Both the position numbers and the translations under genes were made by a program. Positions 17,345-26,000 of a stretch of DNA of 64,000 bases are shown in pieces. The DNA lies in IMG/VR virus record IMGVR_UViG_3300026493_000002. One strand, given 5' to 3'. The first letter of the stretch is position 1. The number at the start of each line of letters is the position of its first letter. The notes under the pieces were generated by a model. It was not told the DNA's origin, ran no database searches, and saw nothing but the letters and a program-made list of their open reading frames with translations. Source of the stretch: a virus. Its lineage: Duplodnaviria > Caudoviricetes.

Positions 17345-18892
17345 ATGGACACCAAGCTCCAAGAATTCGTGAGCCAGACCGCAACTCTGGCGAGCGTGCG
17401 AAACGTCGATACCCGCAACCCGATTGCCTACGATCTGGACATGCCGTCCATGTCGATGCGCTTCCGCGTTGTGGGCAGCATCGTCGAGCCGAGCTACAAC
17501 GGCTATCCGATCAACCTCATCTGGGTCGTCCTCGACGGCAACAGCCCGTATTTCAACAAGGTGTTGCAGTTGAAGTCTGCGACCTCGAACGATGAATCCA
17601 TCGAGGATCGCATCACCGACGTCAACTTCATGGGCACCTGGGTGCAGCTGGAGAACTACGCGGATCTGTTCCTGTATCCGCAGTACTACGTCACGGGCGG
17701 CGGTGCACCCGGTCCGGCTGGCCCGAAGGGTGACCCCGGCTACAACGTGCGTGGCGACTGGGTCCTGACCTCGACCTACGCCCGCAACGACACGGTGCAG
17801 TTCAACGGCAGCAGCTACGTCTCGCGCATCGCTGACAACATCGGCGAAACGCCCGGTGTCAGCACCAACTGGCAGCTGGTTGCCCAGAAGGGTGACACGC
17901 CCGAAGTGGACTACAACCGCATCATCGCCGACGTGGTTGCCATGCTCAAGCCGACGCTGGTCGAGCTGGAGATTCGTGGTTCGACCGCCGACCTGTTCGA
18001 GGGTGCAAGCCGCACGTTCGCCGTGTGGGCGAAGTACAGCAACAACACCGAAGAGAACGTGACGGCGAACGCGCAGTGGACCGTGAGTCCGAACGCCGTT
18101 GGCTCGATCAACTCCTCGGGCGTGTTCACTGCTGCACAGGTCAACGCTGATACGCCGACGACCCTGACTGCCGCGTACACCAACCAGGAAGGCGCAAGCC
18201 GTTCGGCCGACACGGGCTTCACCGTGAAGAACAAGGTGCCGACCGCTGTGACCGTCTCGGGTGCCGCGAACGTCAACGAAGGCACCACGTCGCAGTACAC
18301 CGCTACCGTCCAGTACAACGACGGCACCTCGGTTGCTGTTCCGTCCAGTGGTCGCGTGTGGGCTGTCGAACCCGATACCAACGCGTCGATCAATGCCTCC
18401 GGCCTGCTGACTGCCGGCCAGGTGACTGCTGACACGGCGGCTGTCGTTCGTTGCAGCTACACCGAAAACGGTACGACCGTGTCGGGTACCCGCAGCATCA
18501 CGATCAAGAACGTGGTCGCAGCCTCTCAGGCCCGTTACCTGTCGCGTGCCCGCATCACCGATATGTCGCAGTACAACAGCGCGTTCGTGAACAGCCTGAC
18601 CAACACCGTGCCGAGCGGCTGGCCGCATGACCTCGATCTGGCGATCGGCAGTGGCCAGTACGGCTACTACGCCCATCCCAAGTCGTGGGGTCTGGCCCGC
18701 TTCGAGGACAAGGATGCTCCGGGCTTCCCCGGCGGCTGGGACGGCGCTCGCAACGACATTCTCGATCCGTCGAAGTACGGCCCGTACGAAGTCCAGGCGA
18801 CCGTCAACGGTGTCACCGAAGCATGGTACATCTACCGTACCGATCAGCCGGCGCTGGGTAACACCCGCTGGACGATCTCGGTCACGCCGTAA
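17345..18892 (+). CDS. Tail fibre/adhesin with CBM5/12-like module, two Ig-like (Big) domains and C-terminal head domain
   Basis: [10 protein letters not shown]; W...TY..ND.V.FNGSSYV; repeated Ig-like units (A..YS..T..VT..A.W....G.I..SG..TA..V..DT). Confidence 0.8.
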   Translation: MDTKLQEFVSQTATLASVRNVDTRNPIAYDLDMPSMSMRFRVVGSIVEPSYNGYPINLIWVVLDGNSPYFNKVLQLKSATSNDESIEDRITDVNFMGTWVQLENYADLFLYPQYYVTGGGAPGPAGPKGDPGYNVRGDWVLTSTYARNDTVQFNGSSYVSRIADNIGETPGVSTNWQLVAQKGDTPEVDYNRIIADVVAMLKPTLVELEIRGSTADLFEGASRTFAVWAKYSNNTEENVTANAQWTVSPNAVGSINSSGVFTAAQVNADTPTTLTAAYTNQEGASRSADTGFTVKNKVPTAVTVSGAANVNEGTTSQYTATVQYNDGTSVAVPSSGRVWAVEPDTNASINASGLLTAGQVTADTAAVVRCSYTENGTTVSGTRSITIKNVVAASQARYLSRARITDMSQYNSAFVNSLTNTVPSGWPHDLDLAIGSGQYGYYAHPKSWGLARFEDKDAPGFPGGWDGARNDILDPSKYGPYEVQATVNGVTEAWYIYRTDQPALGNTRWTISVTP

Positions 18893-18898
18893 GCCAGC

Positions 18899-18928
18899 AG
18901 GGCCCGTGCTTTCATAGGCGGGCCCTTT
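18899..18928 (+). terminator. Intrinsic terminator
   Basis: agggcccg...cgggccct followed by tt. Confidence 0.65.
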
Positions 18929-18962
18929 GCTGCTACATCCATCTCAGATTTCGGAGCTAGCC

Positions 18963-20738
18963 ATGCCCATTGCAATTGCCTCTTTCCTACTGCCGCGTCC
19001 CGGCAGCAACTACTTCCTCGTTGAGGATATCTACGTTCGCGGCGGCTTCCGTACGGTTGCTGACCTCGCTGAACGTGATGCCACGCCGGTGAACAACCTC
19101 AAGAAGGGCTGCCTCGTGTACGTGCAGTCCGAGGAAGTCCTCTACCGCTTCGTTGGTCCGACCCCGGACGATGAAGGCCTTGTCTTCGAGCTTGCCAACT
19201 TCGGCGGTGGCGGCGGGATGACCTGGCGCGGCACGTGGACCCACGAAATCGAGTACGCGCGCAACGACGTGGTGTATCACAACGGATCGTCCTGGATCTG
19301 GCCTGTGGACAGCGCACCCAATGGTATCGAGCCTGGCGCTGACAACGAATGGCAGCTGGTTGCTCTCGTTGGCGAAGCTGGTACCGACGGCGAGAAGGGT
19401 GACAAGGGCGACGTGGTCAGCATGACCCCGAACGCTGCTGGTACGGCCGGCGAACGTCCGAACTACGACAACGAGCCGAAGGGCTTCACGTTCATGGACG
19501 TGGATACCCCGGCGCTGTACATCCGCAACGATGATGCAGGCGGTTCGTGGGCCGGCCCGTTCGACTTCTTGCAGGGTCCGCGTGGCCTGCAGGGCATCCA
19601 AGGCGAACAGGGTATCCAGGGTCCGGAAGGCCCCAAGGGTGATACCGGTGAGCAGGGTATCCAAGGCCCCAAGGGTGACAAGGGTGATGACGGCGACGTC
19701 GGTCCCCAGGGTGCCGAAGGCCCGAAGGGTGATACTGGCGAACAGGGTATCCAGGGTCCGAAGGGTGACAAGGGCGATACCGGTGAGCAGGGTATCCCCG
19801 GTGTTGCCGGCCTGACCAACAAGGGTGTCTACAACCCGGCCACCACGTACAACGAAGGTGACGTGATCGCTCACGATGGCCGTTCGTACTCTGCTGCGCG
19901 TGACGGTGTCGTTGGCATCGAACCCGTCGGCAGCACCGTCGACTGGACCGTTCTTGTCGAGCGCGGTGCACAGGGCGAGAAAGGTGATACCGGTGAGCAG
20001 GGCATCCAAGGCGTGGAAGGTCCCGAGGGTCCGGAAGGCCCGCAGGGTATCCAAGGCATCCAGGGTCCGAAGGGTGACAAGGGCGACAAGGGTGACGCAG
20101 GCGGTTCGGTTAATCACGCTGCGTCCCACGCCAAGGGCGGCAGTGACGAACTGACCCCTGCTGCCATCGGGGCTGTCGCTGATACGGGCGGTACCGTCAA
20201 CGGTGACCTGACCATCACTGGCAAGCTGTTCGGCAACAACGTCTTCCCCACGGTCGGCGATCTGCCTGCACCGGCTGCGTCCGAAGGCAACCTGGTGTTC
20301 GTCACCGAAGGCGCACGCACGCTGTTCTCCAACGGCACTGCATGGGTCGACGTTGGTCGTGGTGGTGACAAGGTGCTTCCGTACGACCTCGGCTTCTATG
20401 CCGGTGGTGCGAACGATGCGTCCGCAGTCCTGTCCGCGTTCCTCGCCGTCCGTTCGATTGCCCTCAAGGCAGGCCTGACCGGCAGTCGCGCACGATGCCT
20501 GGTTGCTCCCTCGGCCGCACTCACCCTGCAGCTGTGGAGTGACAGCACCCAGATCGGCACCGTGAACTTCGCTTCGGGTTCGACCACCGGCTCGTTCACG
20601 TTCTCCGCGGACGTAACGATTGCGGCTGGCGCCGTGGTCAGTCTGCGCACGGGCTCTGCCGGTAACGCCGCAGTCCGCAACGTCATGGTTACCCTCGTCG
20701 GCTTCGCTGTTGCTGCCGAAGGCACCATGAACTCGTAA
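18963..20738 (+). CDS. Collagen-like tail fibre/whisker protein with two CBM5/12-like modules
   Basis: Long Gly-X-Y tracts (GPKGDTGEQGIQ repeats), SFLLPR N-module, beta-rich C-terminal head. Confidence 0.85.
   Translation: MPIAIASFLLPRPGSNYFLVEDIYVRGGFRTVADLAERDATPVNNLKKGCLVYVQSEEVLYRFVGPTPDDEGLVFELANFGGGGGMTWRGTWTHEIEYARNDVVYHNGSSWIWPVDSAPNGIEPGADNEWQLVALVGEAGTDGEKGDKGDVVSMTPNAAGTAGERPNYDNEPKGFTFMDVDTPALYIRNDDAGGSWAGPFDFLQGPRGLQGIQGEQGIQGPEGPKGDTGEQGIQGPKGDKGDDGDVGPQGAEGPKGDTGEQGIQGPKGDKGDTGEQGIPGVAGLTNKGVYNPATTYNEGDVIAHDGRSYSAARDGVVGIEPVGSTVDWTVLVERGAQGEKGDTGEQGIQGVEGPEGPEGPQGIQGIQGPKGDKGDKGDAGGSVNHAASHAKGGSDELTPAAIGAVADTGGTVNGDLTITGKLFGNNVFPTVGDLPAPAASEGNLVFVTEGARTLFSNGTAWVDVGRGGDKVLPYDLGFYAGGANDASAVLSAFLAVRSIALKAGLTGSRARCLVAPSAALTLQLWSDSTQIGTVNFASGSTTGSFTFSADVTIAAGAVVSLRTGSAGNAAVRNVMVTLVGFAVAAEGTMNS
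19570..20100 (+). repeat. Collagen-coding imperfect tandem repeats
   Basis: aagggtgataccggtgagcagggtatcca-like unit recurs near 19635, 19724, 19769 and 19981. Confidence 0.8.
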
Positions 20739-20757
20739 CCAAAGAAGGAGTCTCGCT

Positions 20758-21204
20758 ATGCCATTCATGGTGCAATTCGTTAATGGCTCGGGCGCAGTCT
20801 CCGACTCCGGTGGTTCCGATGATGGTCAGGGCATCTTGCCCATCATCGGCGTTGCTGACTGGAATGCACCTCGTACCAGTGACACGATCTTGAATCTCCG
20901 TGCGATGCAGCGCGGCCCGAACCCGTCGCGCCAGATCCCGATCTTCAACATCGAGGCTCAGGGCAACGACGGCTACTGGCTGGCGTATCCCAAGATTTAC
21001 GGTCTCGCCACTTTCAACGAGGTGGATTCCAACGGCAACATCATCGGCATCGGTGACGGCGGCTGGGACGGCGCAAACGGCGATCCGATCAGCACGCAGG
21101 GTCCGAAGGAAGTCGAAGTCATCATCGACAACAAGCGGATCCCCATGTACCTGTACATGAGCGACTGGCCGGGTCTGGGCAACTCCTACTGGAGGACGAC
21201 CTAA
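20758..21204 (+). CDS. Putative virion protein, stand-alone paralogue of the 17345 C-terminal domain
   Basis: GY..AYPK.YGLA.F...GGWDGA..D....GP.EV......YLY.SD.P.LGN..W is shared with the 17345 product. Confidence 0.65.
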   Translation: MPFMVQFVNGSGAVSDSGGSDDGQGILPIIGVADWNAPRTSDTILNLRAMQRGPNPSRQIPIFNIEAQGNDGYWLAYPKIYGLATFNEVDSNGNIIGIGDGGWDGANGDPISTQGPKEVEVIIDNKRIPMYLYMSDWPGLGNSYWRTT

Positions 21205-21821
21205 TGCCCATCGCAATTGCCTCTTTCCTGCTGCCCCGTCCGGGCGGCAACTACTTCCTCCTGGAGGACGTCTACCTGCGTGGTGGCTTTCGTGTAGTTG
21301 CAACGCATGAAGCGCGCGATGCGATCCCGCCTCTGAGTCGCAAGGCTCAGATGCTGGTTGTCACCCAGGACGACAAGAAGATCTGGCAGATGGATGACGA
21401 CCTCGAAACGTGGTCCGAGTTCAAAGCTGGCGGCGGTGGAGACGGGGCTGGGCCTCGCGCGACCTTCGAGCATACTGTAAACGACATTCCTGCCCTGTCG
21501 TATGCAGATTTCGATATGGACGCAGGGAACACGATCATCGTGTTGAAGCTGCGCGTCTCCACCGCCTGCATTGTGGAAGTCCATGAGACTTCCCAGCGCA
21601 TCGACAACAACCCGTACAAGTTCATCGCCACCGAAGATCACCTCGAGGACGATGGAACCACCGAGTTGGAGGACGGCACGACTGTGAAGAATCGCCGCTA
21701 CTCCATTCTGACCAACATGGAGGTTGAGCCCAACGGCAAGCAGTTCATCCGCATCATCAACCCAAGCGAAAGCATGGTTAGCGTAAAGCTCACCGTCATT
21801 TACAAGCCTGTTGAGGCTTGA
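21204..21821 (+). CDS. Putative virion protein with SFLLPR N-module
   Basis: N-terminus MPIAIASFLLPRPG identical to the 18963 product; TAATG coupling. Confidence 0.7.
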   Translation: MPIAIASFLLPRPGGNYFLLEDVYLRGGFRVVATHEARDAIPPLSRKAQMLVVTQDDKKIWQMDDDLETWSEFKAGGGGDGAGPRATFEHTVNDIPALSYADFDMDAGNTIIVLKLRVSTACIVEVHETSQRIDNNPYKFIATEDHLEDDGTTELEDGTTVKNRRYSILTNMEVEPNGKQFIRIINPSESMVSVKLTVIYKPVEA

Positions 21822-21840
21822 TCTACCTGGAGACAGAAAC

Positions 21841-22974
21841 ATGAGTGGTTACCGTATCGAACGCCGTGGCTTCACCAAGGTCCATGCCCTGGTTTCGTCC
21901 ATCGTCGATGACATGCTGGCCAATGGCTTCACGAAAGTGTGGCCTGCGCAGTACACGCCCGGCACCAGCAAGGATATCATCCTGCAGGCCGGCGAGAACG
22001 TGGATCCGCTGCATGAGACCCAGCCGTGGTGCGTGAAGTTCCTGTGGTCGAAGGACGCGGCGGACAAGGCCAACAACGAAGCGACCAACGGCGGCAAGCT
22101 GGACGTGATCTTCGGTGCGCCGAGCATGTTCACCAGCGAAGGCATGCACGCGAACTACTTCCGTCAGCCTGCTGGCGCGAGCGACAACCGTGACGTCGTG
22201 GGTCTGGTCGGCACGGCCGTCAACCGTGACACCAACCCGGATATCGGCAGCCCGGATCGCACCTTCATCGACCGTACCCGCCTCAAGGTCACCACCGGTG
22301 CGGCAGCCCGTGATGACACGCTGGCTTACCCCATGAGCTACCAGCTGACGATCACCCCGCGTGGCTTCGCGCTCGTGGTGTGGGAGCAGGGTCAGGAACG
22401 TGAAGGCAATCGCTACTCGTTCGTCGTCGCACAGCGTCCGGTCGACAACGTGACTGGTCAGACCATCGTCGCAGGCAAGGCACCCGTGCATTGCCTCTAC
22501 GGCCTGATGAAGCCCGCCGTGAACCAGCCGTGGACCGACGTGAGCAACTTCAACTTCCGTCGCTTCACCATCCGCGAAGCGGACGTGCAGGTGCCGGCAC
22601 CGATGGCGACCTTCGGCACCATCGCTGACAGCGCGGCCAATCCGATGATGGGCGTCGATGCGACCCGTCATTCGATGGACTACAACGCGATCATGAACGG
22701 CTCGCAGCAGGTGTCGATCAGCGAGGACAACAAGTACGTCGTGTCCTTCCCGACCGGCCTGAACACCGCCCGCTATGCCTACAAGCATGAGCTGGACATG
22801 CTGGCGTACTGTTCGGCCGACGTGGTCTCGCAGGGCACCGAAGTCCCGCTGCAGGTGTACGGCGAAGCACAGCCGCGCAAGTACCTGGCCATGAACGCCA
22901 ACGGCGGCAACAACAGCGGCATGCGTCTGCTGCTGCTCGTTGACGGTGGCGGCATCAGCCCGGCCGGCGGCTGA
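21841..22974 (+). CDS. Putative virion structural protein
   Basis: Strong codon bias, beta-rich, located in the structural operon. Confidence 0.65.
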   Translation: MSGYRIERRGFTKVHALVSSIVDDMLANGFTKVWPAQYTPGTSKDIILQAGENVDPLHETQPWCVKFLWSKDAADKANNEATNGGKLDVIFGAPSMFTSEGMHANYFRQPAGASDNRDVVGLVGTAVNRDTNPDIGSPDRTFIDRTRLKVTTGAAARDDTLAYPMSYQLTITPRGFALVVWEQGQEREGNRYSFVVAQRPVDNVTGQTIVAGKAPVHCLYGLMKPAVNQPWTDVSNFNFRRFTIREADVQVPAPMATFGTIADSAANPMMGVDATRHSMDYNAIMNGSQQVSISEDNKYVVSFPTGLNTARYAYKHELDMLAYCSADVVSQGTEVPLQVYGEAQPRKYLAMNANGGNNSGMRLLLLVDGGGISPAGG

Positions 22975-22996
22975 TCCACAAGCAGTAGGTAAGTCC

Positions 22997-23033
22997 AAAG
23001 GGCCGCTGGGTTGAATTCCGGCGGCCCTTTTCT
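22997..23033 (+). terminator. Intrinsic terminator
   Basis: aaagggccgc...gcggcccttttct. Confidence 0.75.
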
Positions 23034-23073
23034 TCTAGCCTCGTGGCTGGACATAACACAAACAGGCGCTACG

Positions 23074-26000
23074 ATGACTAAGCTCTTTCCGACCCAGTTC
23101 GACACCCCGACCAACTCGACTGTTACCAGCGCAGAGTTCGTGGCCGAAGCCGATGGCAGCTACACCGTCTCGGGTGGCGCCACGCTGGTCGTGAATGGCG
23201 TTGTAGCCGGTGCGTCTGCGTCCATCGTTGAGGATGACCGTGTTGCATTGCGCATGGTCTCCAGTGGCGACTACGCTTCCGCACGTCATGCCGTTCTGTC
23301 CATCGACGGCGTGCAGCAGCAGGTGTGGACTGTGGTGACCGTCAACGATCCCACTGTGTACGCCAATCCCCTTTTCTTCGACCTCGATCTGTACGAAATC
23401 GAGCGCGATGCGCAGGGCGTCGAGTATGCTCCGTACTCCGTCTACAACCGCGCACTCTTGTTCAACCTCATTGGCGCTGCGGGCTCTGTGTCTCTGGCCA
23501 ACGGCGTGAAGTCGCCGACGCCTGCACTCACCAGCAGCATGCCGATCTGCTCCTACTACGACAAGCGCGTGGACCTGTTGGGCGTGAGCGAGAAGGCTCT
23601 TGTCCGCAGCTACGCGATTGATGGCCGTCCCTATCAGGCGGTGCGTGTGCCGCGTGATCCCAACGCGCAGATGCTGACGTTCGACACGTGGGTTACCGTA
23701 TCTGATGGTGCCCGTGTGGACGTCATCGGCTCGGACCACGAGAAGGCATTCGAGATTCCGACCGGCACTCGTCCGACCGGCATCGCGGTCAGTGCCAACT
23801 ACCGCCACGTGTGGATTGCCAACAGCGCAGACAACACCGTGCTGCACCTTGAATGGAACGGCACCACGTGGACTCGCACCACCGTGAGCGTGAGTCAGAA
23901 TCCGGTCTACATCGTGGTGGACAGTCTGAACAATGCCTACGTGTCGTGCTTCGCATCGGATCGTCTGACCAAGATCACCCCTGCGAACGTCACGTCCTCG
24001 ATCATCGTCGGCCAGAGTCCTCGTGGCGTGTTCTGCTCGGGCGCCGTAGTGTGGGCAGCAGTCTTCGGCGAAGGCAAGATCGTTCGTATCGAAGACGACG
24101 CAATCGTGGCTGAGGTCGAGGTCGCACTGTGCCCGTATGCTGTCGGCCAGAACGCTGACGGTACCATCCTGGCATCGTGCTTCTCGACCAGTGAACTGTT
24201 CCACATCAACCCGTTCGGCAACAACGAAATCACCAAGCGTGAGCAGGTGGCTCGTTTCCCGTACGCCATCCAGAACGTCGATTCGCTGTGCGTGGTGTCC
24301 TGCCTGTGGCAGGGTACTCCCGAGTTGACCTACGTCCTGGATCAGACGCCATTCCGCTTCACGTTCGATAGCCCAGAGAGTGTGGCACGCAACGCTGCGA
24401 TCCGTACCAATCGCTTCCGCGTCGAAGGCATCAACGTCGAAACATCGGTCAGCGTGTCGCCGATGTTCAATGCCATCGTGGTCAAGAACGGTGCAGCAGT
24501 GGGCGTCAACACCACAGTGGTGCGCGGCGATACCCTGCAGGTGAACTACACCTCGCCGGCCCTGCCCGAAGAAGAGTTTGAACTGGAGCTCGTCGTTGGT
24601 ACGTTCTCCAACGTGATGCAGACCAAGACCGTTGCGCTCGATACCCTCGTGGATGCCTTCGACATTCCCGCAGTGGTCGCAGCGGAGCTCAACACTGAGT
24701 ACACGTCGCAGGAAGTGACCATCGGCGGTCTTGAAGTTCCGACCGAACTGAGCATCAACAGCGGCATCCTGATCAAGAACGGCGTTGCGCTCGACTCGAT
24801 TGCCGTTGAGGTCCAGAACGGTGACAAGATCCAGATCCGCATGACCTCGGCTGCAACGAACTCCACGCCGGTGTTCAGCACGCTCACGGTTGGAGCGTTC
24901 GAGGAAGTGTGGTCGGTGTTCACGAAGGACGAAGTGGGCAGCACCGTGTACCAGCCGGTGATCGACGCAGGCAAGACCCTGTTCGACCTGATCAACTTCA
25001 ACGCGCAGTCGGCCAACATCGACCCTGTGAACGATATGCTGTACCGCTACAACGCGAACACGATGGGTGCGCCCGTTGAGTACGCTGTGACCAATGCGGC
25101 GGTAGGCAACGGCAGCAACAGCAAGGAGAACCTGTACGTGATGGATGCTGCGCGCAAGCGTGTGGTGTTCATGGACGTAGACGACGCCAGCGTGCCCGGT
25201 GTCGAAGCGATCTACCAGCTGGACGGCATTCCCTATGCGGTCACTGCTGGTCCGATGGTCGCCATGGGTCGTCTCGCCACCAGTCAGTATGCGACGGTGT
25301 ACGACAAGGACAAGATCGTCAAGCTGGGCACCAACGTGTCTCTGCCGCTTATCTCCGGCGCCAAGCCGATGGGCATTGCGTGCAGCAACTACAACGTCAT
25401 GTACGTGGCTGGTGCTGACGGCTTCCTGCATGTGTTCACCTACGACGAGGGCAGCAAGACGTTCTCGTTCAACACGATCCTCGGTGTTCCAAACGGCGGC
25501 CGTCTGTGCGACCTGATGTTCGATGACACCAGCCTGTTTGTTTCGGACCTGACGTCCGGTTCGGTGCACAAGCTGGTCAGCGGCTTCTACGTGGAGACGG
25601 TCAAGGTCGGCCATCTGCCGTACGCAATGGCACAGAGCGATACGCATGTGTTCACGGCCAACTTCGGCTCGGCCAGCGTGTCCAAGTTCCCGAAGAGCAA
25701 CGGCGCTGGTGCAGTTGTCACTGTCAACCTGCCGCCGGGCGCAAGTCAGCCGACCAGCATCACCGTCGACAAGGCGCGCAATCGTCTGTTCGTGGCCTGC
25801 CCGCGTGAGAAGCGGATCTACGAACTGAATGCTGATACCCTTGCGGTGACTCGTACCATCAACGCCCTTGGTTACATCTGGGGCTTGCAGATGCGCGATA
25901 GCAGTCTGATGGCACTCTCCATGTGGGGCAACCTGCTGGAGAAGAATGCGGTGGGTGCGGTGCGTACTTCGCCGACCTCGTTGGTGTTCGCGCCCCAGAT

